This document shows, one piece after another, positions 17,730 through 27,825 of a stretch of DNA of 64,000 nt (the first letter of the stretch is position 1; each line of letters starts with the position of its first letter). The stretch is from an uncultured Candidatus Saccharibacteria bacterium (GTDB lineage: Bacteria; Patescibacteriota; Andersenbacteria; UBA10190). Made by a program: the position numbers and the translations under genes. The notes below the pieces were generated by a model. The model searched no databases, had not been told where the DNA came from, and was given only the letters and a program-made list of their open reading frames with translations. The stretch is from positions 8,458 through 72,457 of the forward strand of contig CAYJKV010000003.1 in the NCBI GenBank assembly GCA_964371255.1. Direction: 5' to 3'.

Positions 17730-18707
17730 ATGGATACCATACAAAAACCTGTAATAAAAAAACGTTCTGCAATTATTGATGCCGCCATTCTTGATTTGCT
17801 TGAGTACAGAAAAAGTTGCGATCAGCAACTATATTATTCAATAGATGAAAACATCAGGTTCTTTGAGGCTGCTCGTTCGTTGCCTCGTTATATTTTTTGG
17901 CTCCTTACAGAATACTCTAAAATCAACGGACATCGTATCTTAGAGCTTTCAGATTTTCATTTGCGTGAGGGTGAATGGGAAAAGATGTTGCTTGGTCAAC
18001 TGCTTACCCTGGAAAGAAAAAACATTCCAGACCTGATCGGACCATTAAGGAAACAGCTATCAAAAGAAATCCGAACAATAACTCAGCAAAAAAATGAACC
18101 AATCGTAGTAATTAATATGGGCTGTGGCGGAATGGAAACCGAGCGAAGAATAGCCTTAGGGCTATTCAAAAAACCTCTTACCCAACCCATCATCTTTATT
18201 GGTATCGATTCTTCCCCAGCTGCCATCAAGGTTGCTCAGCAAAATTTGCGTAGTTTTAGTAAGGAATTTACGCAATTGGAAAGCCTTACCCCTGATGTCA
18301 TTCATTCAATCAAAAATATCCAAACAGACAAACCTGTTCAATTTAAAGTATTTATTGGCGATGCCCTAAATATTCATAATTATGCCGAGCCTCAAACAAT
18401 CGACATAATTTTTCATTCCAAGTTTCATCATCATCTGTCAGATCAAGACAAAAGACGCTTTGACGATATGATAAGAAAGACTGCTTGTTGTGCAATCGAA
18501 TTCGATGATTATCGGGGTGCCTATTTACCTATACTCTCTATCCTAACCGGCTGGAATAAGCCCATTCTACTAAATGGCGCTGTTATTAGCAGTCTGCGTG
18601 ATCCAACTAAAGAGGATATTAAAAACTACAAAAAAGAAGGATGGATAACCAAAATCTATCCGTTAAAAGGATTTTTGAAAATACATCACTCGTCCCAAAC
18701 CTGTTAA
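17730..18707 (+). CDS. putative class I SAM-dependent methyltransferase-fold protein
   Basis: Gly-rich motif VINMGCGGMETERRIALGL followed by IFIGIDSSPAAIKVAQQNL. The start is taken at ATG 17730, which has AGGAAG upstream. The track's TTG 17556 gives a longer version. Confidence 0.4.
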   Translation: MDTIQKPVIKKRSAIIDAAILDLLEYRKSCDQQLYYSIDENIRFFEAARSLPRYIFWLLTEYSKINGHRILELSDFHLREGEWEKMLLGQLLTLERKNIPDLIGPLRKQLSKEIRTITQQKNEPIVVINMGCGGMETERRIALGLFKKPLTQPIIFIGIDSSPAAIKVAQQNLRSFSKEFTQLESLTPDVIHSIKNIQTDKPVQFKVFIGDALNIHNYAEPQTIDIIFHSKFHHHLSDQDKRRFDDMIRKTACCAIEFDDYRGAYLPILSILTGWNKPILLNGAVISSLRDPTKEDIKNYKKEGWITKIYPLKGFLKIHHSSQTC

Positions 18708-18737
18708 TATAGAAGCACCACTTAACCAGCAGTCTTT

Positions 18738-20990
18738 ATGTACGCAGAAACAGTCTTCCGTCTTATTATTCTTTCCATAACTATAATTCTCGGCTTTCTT
18801 GCATATCGCAGGAATTCTCGTCATGCAACCAATACACTTCTGGCACTACTAACCGTCCTAATTTTTTTATGGGGTGTTAGTAATGAAATATCACTTTATT
18901 CAACAACTACCACAGGCACATTGTTCTGGATCCGCATGACGATGTTTTTTGCGGTACCAACAGCTGTCCTCTTTTTTGTTTTTATGCATACGTTTCCTCG
19001 TGCCAGCCTCGCGATGTCACGTCAACTAATGGCACTCGTTCTTCTAGTGACTGGCAGTGTTATGTCACTATCGTTATCACCCTGGTTGTTCACCACTATT
19101 GCCGATGGCGTGGGAGCAAACGCGAAACCTGTGCCAGGGTTTGGCATTATAATATTTGCCTTAACAGTCACCGCCGCAAATCTAACTGCTATCTACCTTT
19201 TGATTGTAAAAAACTTTAAACTCTCTGGCGTCTTTAAGCTCCAAGCCCGTTATCTCTTGCTTGGTACAGCCATTACTCTGAGTTTAATCATGGGTCTCGT
19301 TTTCTTCCCAGTTGTCTTGCTCCGCTTCACTGCTTTTGTGCCCTATCAGAGTGAGCTCATGCTACCTTTTGTCGCCCTCACCGCCTACGCCATTGTCCGT
19401 TACCGCCTCATGGACATCCGCGCTGCCATCGCTCGCAGTCTTTCCTTTTCCATTCTGCTCGGCGCCTTCTTCGCCATCTACGGCGCTATTCTCATCTTCG
19501 CTGTACCACGTTTAGCTGACTGGTTAGGTATCCGTGAAGGGTTTATCGCCGCTGTCGGCGCCCTTCTCTCTGTTTTGCTTGCCCGCTATATCCAAGAAGC
19601 CCTGCGCCGTCTCACCGACCGTTTCCTTTTCCAAAACCAAATTGATTACCGCCGCGCTCTCGTTGAAACCAGCAAGGAACTATCTACCACCATCCACATC
19701 GAAGACGTCACCAGGACTGTCCTGGATATTATGGAGAAGGTTATCCGTACTAAGAAAACCATCATTTTTCTTCAGGAAAACAAAGGCCACAATTTTACCC
19801 CTTATGCCAACCGCGGCGCCAGTTCCATCAAAGTCTCTATCCCCAAGGAGCATGTCCTAGTTCGCCATATTCAACACAACATGGGCCTGCTTGTTAAGGA
19901 TGAATTGGCTCATGAGCGCGAGCAGGAACGCGACGAATCCCACGCAGCGGAAATTAAGCAAGTGGAGCAAACTTTTGTCTGGCTCGACATGGCTGTCGTG
20001 TTACCCCTGTACGTTAACAAACAACTGACCGGCCTGATCGTTCTGGGCGACAAAAAATCCGGCACTCCTTACATGCAGGATGACCTAAACTTTCTAGCTG
20101 CCTTATCTCCCCAGGCTGCCACCGCCCTCGAAAATGCCCGTCTCTACCAGGAATCTCTGGCTTTCGGGGAAAAATTGAAATCTGAAGTTAAGCGCGCCAC
20201 TCACGAACTGGAAATTGCCAACGCCCAGTTGCGCGACTTAGACAAGGCCAAGAGTGAATTCTTGAGCATCGCTAGCCACCAGTTGTACACCCCCATGACC
20301 GCCCTCCGGGGCTACCTGTCCATGTTGCGGGAAGGGGACTATGGCGCTACTCCATCCAAACAACAACCCATCATTAAAATTCTGGAAACCAGCTCTACCC
20401 GCCTCATTAATCTAATCAAGAATTTACTCGATGTGTCGCGCATTGAAAGCGGCCGTCTTGAGCTCAATCTTGAGTCGCTGGACTTTAGTCACATGGTTAA
20501 AGAGCTTGTCCAAGATCTCATGCCTAACGCCCTTAACAAAAAAGTTAAGCTGCAATACTACCAGCCTGCAGAACAATTGCCCCATGTCGTGGCCGACCAG
20601 GAACGCGTTCGCCAGGTCATCCTCAACATCGTTGACAATGCCATTAAATACACAGACCAAGGTCGCATTGATGTCCGTGTGCAGCAAACGGACCACACCA
20701 TCACCCTTACGGTCAATGACACGGGCCGCGGCATGACGCCGGACGAAATGACCAAGCTCTTCACCAAATTCACCCGTGTCGGCGGTGCCTCCAAATACCG
20801 CAAAGAGGGGACTGGCCTTGGCCTCTACGTTGCCAAGCAAATCATCCGCGAGCATCATGGCGACATCGAAATAACGAGTCCCGGCCTGAACCACGGCTCT
20901 ACTTTCTATGTTCATCTGCCCATCGAAGGCTCGCCCAATGCCCTCACCGCCGGCAAGAAAGTATCCGTCGAAATTAAAGCGGGGAAATAA
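18738..20990 (+). CDS. sensor histidine kinase (multi-TM N-terminal sensor, GAF, HisKA, HATPase_c)
   Basis: About 6 N-terminal TM helices. A GAF-like region ends at ...LENARLYQE. The H-box is LSIASHQLYTPMTAL. N/G1/G2 boxes NIVDNAIKYT, DTGRGM and GTGLGL are present. Confidence 0.85.
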   Translation: MYAETVFRLIILSITIILGFLAYRRNSRHATNTLLALLTVLIFLWGVSNEISLYSTTTTGTLFWIRMTMFFAVPTAVLFFVFMHTFPRASLAMSRQLMALVLLVTGSVMSLSLSPWLFTTIADGVGANAKPVPGFGIIIFALTVTAANLTAIYLLIVKNFKLSGVFKLQARYLLLGTAITLSLIMGLVFFPVVLLRFTAFVPYQSELMLPFVALTAYAIVRYRLMDIRAAIARSLSFSILLGAFFAIYGAILIFAVPRLADWLGIREGFIAAVGALLSVLLARYIQEALRRLTDRFLFQNQIDYRRALVETSKELSTTIHIEDVTRTVLDIMEKVIRTKKTIIFLQENKGHNFTPYANRGASSIKVSIPKEHVLVRHIQHNMGLLVKDELAHEREQERDESHAAEIKQVEQTFVWLDMAVVLPLYVNKQLTGLIVLGDKKSGTPYMQDDLNFLAALSPQAATALENARLYQESLAFGEKLKSEVKRATHELEIANAQLRDLDKAKSEFLSIASHQLYTPMTALRGYLSMLREGDYGATPSKQQPIIKILETSSTRLINLIKNLLDVSRIESGRLELNLESLDFSHMVKELVQDLMPNALNKKVKLQYYQPAEQLPHVVADQERVRQVILNIVDNAIKYTDQGRIDVRVQQTDHTITLTVNDTGRGMTPDEMTKLFTKFTRVGGASKYRKEGTGLGLYVAKQIIREHHGDIEITSPGLNHGSTFYVHLPIEGSPNALTAGKKVSVEIKAGK

Positions 20991-21093
20991 CCCTTCTTCA
21001 CCTACTCAAAATAAACCAGCCATCAATCGCTCATACAACTAAAAAATACACTAACTCAGTGCACTGATTCTCCGTATACTCTAAACTAAGTTT

Positions 21094-22929
21094 ATGCCTA
21101 AGCTCTCATTCGTTATTGGCGCGCTAACCATGGCCATTATTTTGGTTGTAGGCCTTTTTGTGCTCACGCCCGTGGTATTTTCCGGTCGTATCGCCCCGGG
21201 CATCCAAGCCGGTGTCCATAACCTCACCGGTGTCAGTACAGATGATTTACCATCCATCATCAAACTGCTCGAGGAAGATATCGCCCGCCAAACCGTTACA
21301 TTGACTCTCAAAGACAAGTCGCAGTCTTATCAGTTAGCGCAGCTGGGAGTGAGCTTAGATCAGGCAGCCACACGCCAAGCCATAGAGCAAAGTAGTGTGT
21401 ATTCTGTCATCGTGAATCCATCGACCATACAGCCGGTACCTCTAATTGATGCCAATATTCTGCTCCAGCAGGTTAATACAGATTTTTCTATACTCATTAA
21501 TAATCCGCTAAACGCCACCCTGCAAATTAATGACGCTGACGCACTCCTGCTCATGCCCAGCCATCCGGGCGAGGTTATTGCCACGGACGATTTAGTGTCT
21601 GCCCTGCAGGACGTCGTCACAACTTCTGCCTGGTCCACGACGATCCCGCTCACGGTACGAACCAGCCCCGCCAGTGTTCAAGATGACGAAACACAGGCCG
21701 CCCAAACCTTTGCGCAGCAGCTGTTGACCGATGGACTTGTCCTCACATTTTCTGACAAGACATTCACTATGAAGCCCTTCACTATTAAACGGCTGCTGGA
21801 ATTTGCTCCGCAGGTCGATCCTAACAATTATGACAATCAGGTACTAGGCTTGAAAATTAATTCAGAAGGTTTAGCCGAATACTTAACTACCACAATAATT
21901 CCCGAGATTGACCAACCCGCGCAAAATGCTCGCTTTGTTTTAAGCGATGATGGACGCGTCGAGCAGTTCGGTCTGCCCCAATCAGGCCAACAACTTGACC
22001 TGACGGCTACCGCTGCCAACATCGCTGCTAAGTTAGCCAAGCATGAACGCACCGCTTCTTTAGTCGTTAATGTCGCCGAACCGGCCATTTCCGAACACGC
22101 GGATATTAAACAACTGGGTATCACCGCCAAACTATCCACTGGTGAATCGGATTTTGCCGGCTCACCAGCCAACCGGAAGCACAACATCACAATCGGTGCC
22201 GCGCGCTATCATGGCTTGCTCATCGCACCCGGCGCTGAATTTTCCTTTAATGAATTCCTTGGTCCGGTCAACGCCGCTGCTGGTTTCAAACCGGAACTGG
22301 TTATTAAAGAGAATGTTACTACTCCTGAATTTGGCGGGGGATTGTGTCAGGTTTCAACGACCTTATTCCGCTCCGCCTTATACGCGGGTTTGGAAGTCAC
22401 TCAGCGCCGCAACCATTCGTATGCGGTCAGCTACTATGGCCAACCCGGCCTTGACGCGACCATTTATCCCCCTTATACTGACCTTCGTTTCCTGAATAAT
22501 ACTCCCGGATATATACTTATCCAGTCTCGTATTGAAGGAACCAAACTTGCTTTTGACTTCTGGGGAACAGAAGATGATCGCTCAGTGACGGTCACCGGAC
22601 CGATTACCTATGAGCGTGGATCGGATGGATCAGTCAAAGCCTATGTCAGCCAGCAAGTTGCCTTGGCTGATACGACGATTATCGATCAGACATTTTATAG
22701 TCGATACAAATCTCCCAAGTTATTCCCGCGTGTGTTAGCGGCCAATGGGGAAGCAACCGTGGCACCAGCCCCCGCTCCGGCCAGTGCCAAGATTAGCCCC
22801 TCGCCCGTTATTACCCCTACTCCCACTAATAACCCTACGTCGCCCTCACCCAGTATTAAACCAGTTAGTAAATCACCTAAACCAACCAATGAATCCAGTT
22901 CCGCCGCCACTCCGCCAGCCAACCCCTAA
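21094..22929 (+). CDS. VanW-family protein with N-terminal TM helix and Pro/Ser/Thr-rich C-terminal tail
   Basis: VanW core GGGLCQVSTTLFRSALYAGLEVTQRRNHSYAVSYYGQPGLDATIYPP. N-terminal TM helix IGALTMAIILVVGLFVL. The low-complexity tail is APAPAPASAKISPSPVITPTPTNNPTSPSPS. Confidence 0.75.
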   Translation: MPKLSFVIGALTMAIILVVGLFVLTPVVFSGRIAPGIQAGVHNLTGVSTDDLPSIIKLLEEDIARQTVTLTLKDKSQSYQLAQLGVSLDQAATRQAIEQSSVYSVIVNPSTIQPVPLIDANILLQQVNTDFSILINNPLNATLQINDADALLLMPSHPGEVIATDDLVSALQDVVTTSAWSTTIPLTVRTSPASVQDDETQAAQTFAQQLLTDGLVLTFSDKTFTMKPFTIKRLLEFAPQVDPNNYDNQVLGLKINSEGLAEYLTTTIIPEIDQPAQNARFVLSDDGRVEQFGLPQSGQQLDLTATAANIAAKLAKHERTASLVVNVAEPAISEHADIKQLGITAKLSTGESDFAGSPANRKHNITIGAARYHGLLIAPGAEFSFNEFLGPVNAAAGFKPELVIKENVTTPEFGGGLCQVSTTLFRSALYAGLEVTQRRNHSYAVSYYGQPGLDATIYPPYTDLRFLNNTPGYILIQSRIEGTKLAFDFWGTEDDRSVTVTGPITYERGSDGSVKAYVSQQVALADTTIIDQTFYSRYKSPKLFPRVLAANGEATVAPAPAPASAKISPSPVITPTPTNNPTSPSPSIKPVSKSPKPTNESSSAATPPANP

Positions 22930-23587
22930 ACCGGCCGCCAAGCCGAGCCGGCCTTTTAGTCGTCCTGCGGCTAAGCATGAACGAAAAGAATATAATCGTC
23001 CGTCCAATCGTCGTCCGATCCGTTGGGAAATATCCGCTGGCGGTGTCGTCGCCCGTCAGGAACAAGATCGCTGGCTAGTTGCATTATTAAAAACCGAACA
23101 CAAACGCGGACCGGTTTGGATTTTACCGAAGGGGCATGTTGAACCAGCCGCGGGGGAAACTGTTTCCGATGCCGCCATACGCGAGGTACAGGAAGAGGCC
23201 GGTATCACCTCTCTTTCCATTAAAGATCAGCTGGGCGTCACCCGTTATTCCTTTCAGGCCGAAGAAGCCTTAGTAAAAAAAACCGTCCATTATTTTCTAA
23301 TGACCACCGACCAAAAACGTCTTACCCCACAAGCTGAAGAAAATCTTATTGATGCGGCCTGGCATCCCATCGACGAGGCTATTGAATGTCTGGAGTACGA
23401 CTCAGATAAAAATATTGTGGCTAAAGCCCGCGAGAAGCTCACCGGCCAGAAAGCCCAATTGATTCGCCGCCCCTCATTCAAACGAACTCATCGCGCCGCG
23501 CCGCAACCTATCGACCCTGCCATCAACAAAACCACGCATCCCCATCAGCCAACCACTGGCCACCGGCCAAAACGGATTCACACCTAA
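22888..23587 (+). CDS. NUDIX hydrolase with Pro/Arg/Lys-rich N-terminal extension (start uncertain)
   Basis: Nudix box GHVEPAAGETVSDAAIREVQEEAGI. The frame is open from 22745 and overlaps the VanW 3' end in a different frame. The first in-frame ATG after the poly-Pro stretch is at 22888. Confidence 0.6.
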
Positions 23588-23612
23588 ATTCAACCCGTTA
23601 ACTTTTGTTGCC

Positions 23613-24656
23613 CTAATTGATCCGCTCTAAACTGCGGGCAATTTGTTGTTCCAATAATGTCGTCGGATGTACAGCTCCCGCCTTTAGCTGCTGCCAGAGT
23701 GGCGTTAACGCGGTCAAAGTTGGTATCGTATTTACCTCCAGCAGGCGAATGTCTTCCCCGTCCACACTGACATCAAAACTCACGACCCCGTCGCATCCCA
23801 CATCGTCATAAATATCTCTGGCTACTGCCTGCACTTTTTTCAAGATTGAGTTGCTTTCCAGGGGCGGGGTATTCAGGGTGACTCGTCCGGCGCGACGCTT
23901 GGCCAAATGGTCATAAAAAGATACTTTTTGCGGCACAATCACTGTTGGTGGCAAAGCCTTAACATTGCCTCGACGGTCATTGAATAACGTCACGGACATT
24001 TCCGTACCGGCTGCTCTCTTTTGCACAATCACATCACCGGCTTGTTGCGCCCGGCGCACCGCCGCGCCCAGTTCATCAATGCTGTTTACTTCCTCGACGC
24101 CCACACTGGCCTCCTCATAAACCGGTTTAACGAATAATGGCGGTACATACAAACCTCTAACAAGCTCAACAATTTTGTTGCTGTCCGCGTTTTTTTTGAA
24201 CCGCTGCATTTCGGGACTATCTACTATATTACTGACCCGTTGCGCGCAGATGTATTTATCGCTGGTTTGTTGGCACACCGGGAGAGAGGACCCCATAACC
24301 GGGATAGAAAGCGTCCTTCCCACCCCCTGGAGCGAGCCATCGTCGCCACCCACGCCGCGGACAAATGTCAGCAACAAATCTATCGGCCGGCGCAGCAGCC
24401 GCTCAATTCCTTTGGCTGCCGATATTACCGGCACTGCTTCAAACATCTTGCTCATCATCCGATGGATGGGACCTTGCTGCGGTAAGCTGCCCAACGGGAC
24501 CTGCCAACGGCCGTCTAATGCTACCCGGACAGGCGTAATCTGATACTGGGAGCGGGGGATATACTGGCACGCCCAATAACCCGTTTCCTCACTCAAATCA
24601 TGACTGCCAGCCTGGCCGCCAAAAAATATTGCGATATGCGGTTTCCTGTTTCTCAT
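23613..24656 (-). CDS. ddl: D-alanine--D-alanine ligase-family ATP-grasp enzyme (divergent)
   Basis: N-terminal HIAIFFGGQAGSHDLS. ATP-grasp motifs PLFVKPVYEEASVGVEEV and GCDGVVSFDVSVDGEDIRLLEVNTIPTLT. ATG 24656 is preferred over TTG 24662. Confidence 0.65.
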   Translation of the reverse strand: MRNRKPHIAIFFGGQAGSHDLSEETGYWACQYIPRSQYQITPVRVALDGRWQVPLGSLPQQGPIHRMMSKMFEAVPVISAAKGIERLLRRPIDLLLTFVRGVGGDDGSLQGVGRTLSIPVMGSSLPVCQQTSDKYICAQRVSNIVDSPEMQRFKKNADSNKIVELVRGLYVPPLFVKPVYEEASVGVEEVNSIDELGAAVRRAQQAGDVIVQKRAAGTEMSVTLFNDRRGNVKALPPTVIVPQKVSFYDHLAKRRAGRVTLNTPPLESNSILKKVQAVARDIYDDVGCDGVVSFDVSVDGEDIRLLEVNTIPTLTALTPLWQQLKAGAVHPTTLLEQQIARSLERIN

Positions 24657-24867
24657 TTCCAAAAAGAAGGAATACGGGTAAATCCAATGCCCTTAGCATA
24701 ACACGACCAAGGGAGGAGAAAAATCCAAATGTCCAAATACTAATACTCAATGACCAACTGGTTGCGCAATTATATTACAGGTTTTGTCACTTTGGTATTT
24801 TGGATTTGGTTGGTCCCGAAGGGATCCCTTAGGGATCATTGGGATTTGGTCATTGGGATTTTTGCGT

Positions 24868-26442
24868 CTACCTTCTCGTCTTCCCCTGCGCATCTTTCAA
24901 CCATTGAATCGTCCCTCCTAGTTTTTCTATAGTGTTCCGGTCACCTGACTCTATCCGGCCATACCAATAATCCTTATCCGCCTCGTCCGGCTCCTTTTGG
25001 TGCGTAAAGTAGAACAGGTAGGGAAACCAATGGCTCTTTAATTTGTCGCCGCCAATCTCAGCCGTCCATGACGTTCTTGCTGGCTTTTTCCCGGTAACAG
25101 CCGCCCTCTTCATCGCCGCGCGCAAGTCCGCCTCATTATTCACTTCACCGTTGTAAATATAATCCACCCAGAATTTATTCTCACTCACCGTCGGCTCCTT
25201 GTCATACGCTGTCAGGTAATAATCATTCACGTTATTAATCATTGTTCGGATATGCGGTCTCACCTTTATTAAAGTAGATGAAGTATTGGGCGCGGCCGAG
25301 GGCTGCTCTTTGCCGGCACTGCTCGCCACCACCGATTTAAAAGCGCCGATCGAATAACCGTGCGGATAGCGTTTTAAGAATTCCGGATAATTTTTCATTA
25401 CGTATTTTTGTTTATATCCCATCGCGGCGAATACCCCGGGAGAGGCGACTAACCTCAGCTTCCCGCCTTGCACCACGTAGATATTGTTACCCAAGCCGAC
25501 CACCCATCCGTTCGGGTATCTTTCAATATTTGATCCTCTTTCATGACGTGCCAACATGGCCGTATTAGCGGGTGCGCGCATACTCTCGTCCGGATTCCCG
25601 TCTGCTTCGTAAATATAATCAGAGAGATACAAATGCTTTGTTAATTTGCCTCCACTGGCTTCCTTAATCCGCCAAATCTGGCCGCCGTGCCACGCTCCGG
25701 AATAAACCACCATCCCGCCCGGATATTGCGTGGTGGAAGATAACGCCGGCCCTGTCGCAAACTCACTCAAGTGCGCGGCGCTCGTGCCGTATAAATTACC
25801 ATCCGGCATCTTGTAAGCCGCGCGTAAACTCGCTGAGATTTTCCGTTTGCGGAACTTATCGTCAATATAATATTGCGTTCCGTCTGGGTGCTGTAACACT
25901 TTACCGATGTAAATCTCATTCACTGATATTGTTTGGGGGTAACGTGCCAGGTCTTCCTCAGAAACAGTAATAATAATATCATGTTTAAAATAGTGGTTCT
26001 CGTTCAGCCACCGGTCGATCACGGCCGGCAACACCCAACTTTTCTTTCCGCCTCGTAAATAATAAACAGCGCTCTTGGTGGGGGATTTTACCAGTGTTCC
26101 GTCCGGCAAGAAATTTGGATTTATCGCGGAAGGATATAGATTTTTCGCCACTTTAAAATTTTTCGCCGTCGGTACATTGCTCGCGTTCAGACTGGTGATT
26201 CCAGCCACGCTTGTTCCCATAGTTTTTCTATATCCGATTGCCCCCACTAGTTCCCGATAGGTCTTTTTCTCACCGCGAGTGACCCGCGCGGCCCAATAAG
26301 ACCATTCAGCTGTCGTCGGCAGGCGATTGTTTATCTCTCGAAACGCTTGATTAATCTGGTCAATCAACGCCGCCTCCGCGACAAGTGGTAGGCTTAATAA
26401 AAGCAAAAAAGTGGCTATCAATTTTGCCACACGACTTCTCAT
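24868..26442 (-). CDS. secreted protein with DUF4214-like motifs
   Basis: Signal peptide MRSRVAKLIATFLLLLSLPLVAEA. Motifs TAEWSYWAARVTRGEKKTYRELVGAIGY and DKDYWYGRIESGDRNTIEKLGGTIQWL. Confidence 0.65.
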   Translation of the reverse strand: MRSRVAKLIATFLLLLSLPLVAEAALIDQINQAFREINNRLPTTAEWSYWAARVTRGEKKTYRELVGAIGYRKTMGTSVAGITSLNASNVPTAKNFKVAKNLYPSAINPNFLPDGTLVKSPTKSAVYYLRGGKKSWVLPAVIDRWLNENHYFKHDIIITVSEEDLARYPQTISVNEIYIGKVLQHPDGTQYYIDDKFRKRKISASLRAAYKMPDGNLYGTSAAHLSEFATGPALSSTTQYPGGMVVYSGAWHGGQIWRIKEASGGKLTKHLYLSDYIYEADGNPDESMRAPANTAMLARHERGSNIERYPNGWVVGLGNNIYVVQGGKLRLVASPGVFAAMGYKQKYVMKNYPEFLKRYPHGYSIGAFKSVVASSAGKEQPSAAPNTSSTLIKVRPHIRTMINNVNDYYLTAYDKEPTVSENKFWVDYIYNGEVNNEADLRAAMKRAAVTGKKPARTSWTAEIGGDKLKSHWFPYLFYFTHQKEPDEADKDYWYGRIESGDRNTIEKLGGTIQWLKDAQGKTRR

Positions 26443-26582
26443 GCCATTATTATAACACGCCTAATTGTAAAAAGCAAATTTATTTGTTACGTTAGCCAAA
26501 AAAAATGGACGTCAGGGTGACGTCCTAAAAGTACTAAAATTATTTGCGACGCATAGCTTCAGTTAATCGGCGCAAAAACTAC

Positions 26583-27209
26583 TTAGGCAACCGGATGTTC
26601 GAAGCAGCATAATTCACGCAGCTGATCCAATGCAAACAGGGCATGAAGCCTTAGATCTGCTTTTGCTAATTCCTCGGCACCTCCTTGCTGCAAGTCTACC
26701 AACGTAAGCACATCCCGCACCGTGAATTCATGTCTGGTCAGCACGGCAATGGACTCCAGCGTGCTTTCGGCATCAGTGATGAAATCATCGATAACCAGCA
26801 CAGTGCCGCGGGGTCGGTCATTTGATCGTCGAAAATCCCAGGCATCCGACGCTGTATTGACCATCTCCAGTAACCCAACATTACAGCCGACCGTTCGATG
26901 TGCCCGCGCGAGTGCTTCTGCAAATGGACCGCCGGCTTCCGGTAATCCCACGATATAATCATAAGGTCTCACGCATCTTTCAATTGCTATTTCTTGCCAC
27001 AGTTTGTGCCCCGTTGTTGCCACCAAATCAGACGTCACAGGGCCGCGGTTCGGATTGTCCGTGGTCCGCAGATTCAAACCGTCGGGAGATAGCGATTGCA
27101 GGTCACCAAATGCTCCCACTTCAAAATACCGCCGAGCCAACGACTTCAACGATTGTCTCATTACCATTCCCATATCCTTTCTACACCAGTGACGAGCCAT
27201 GTCTAACAC
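26583..27209 (-). CDS. type I phosphoribosyltransferase (orotate PRTase-like)
   Basis: PRPP-binding motif GTVLVIDDFITDAESTLESIAVL. The start is probably at the internal Met (MGMVMRQ, near 27170). Confidence 0.5.
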   Translation of the reverse strand: MLDMARHWCRKDMGMVMRQSLKSLARRYFEVGAFGDLQSLSPDGLNLRTTDNPNRGPVTSDLVATTGHKLWQEIAIERCVRPYDYIVGLPEAGGPFAEALARAHRTVGCNVGLLEMVNTASDAWDFRRSNDRPRGTVLVIDDFITDAESTLESIAVLTRHEFTVRDVLTLVDLQQGGAEELAKADLRLHALFALDQLRELCCFEHPVA

Positions 27210-27447
27210 AAAAAGACCGCGTACTCATTTCCTAACTTATACCGTCAACCAAGCCTATATTGTGAAGGAACAATCAATTCTACCTAACTATCATACCTGA
27301 TCATACTGTGTATTATTACACCCTAAATCAATCGCTTTCAAAAGGCAAATGTTTTCCTCAGGCCTAAGGAAATCAGACATTTTGAAGCATTGATGCTAAA
27401 CAGCAGACGCCTCAAGACGCTAACTGCCAGACAAAATTATTGTTTAC

Positions 27448-27520
27448 ACACTAAGTGTGCACTCGGCAGGATTCGAACCTGCGACCCCCAGCTCCGCAAG
27501 CTGATGCTCTATCCACTGAG
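27448..27520 (-). tRNA. tRNA-Arg (anticodon read as GCG)
   Basis: Manual cloverleaf with acceptor GCACTCG/CGAGTGC, D-arm GCTCAGTGGATAGAGC, anticodon loop TTGCGGA and T-arm GCAGGTTCGAATCCTGC. It resembles E. coli tRNA-Arg. No CCA is encoded. Confidence 0.7.
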
Positions 27521-27825
27521 CTACGAGTGCCCAACTACGCTCTGCTTTCCAGCAGAACTTCGTTGGGCGAGAGGTACGTTATTTAACGTACGCTCGTCCC
27601 GCGAAGCCCTGAGAGAATGCGAAGGGCGAAGTGGGAAGCTACGAGTGCAAGATATAAAATTTTACAGTTTTCAAATCACGTTTTTACAAAGATCCGCGAT
27701 TTCCCCGTGAGTTTACAATACCATCAAAACTCTGGCAACTTTCCCCTTGGTACACCTTCAGGGCATGCCAGGAACTTTCCGGCCGGATAAAAACTATTTA
27801 TAATTAAAAGTGTTATACTATTTCT

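Noticed and set aside
27390-27710. 106-aa ORF on the plus strand
   Set aside because: It is entirely antisense to and overlapping the tRNA-Arg gene and its flanks. The ORF is a by-product of tRNA sequence.
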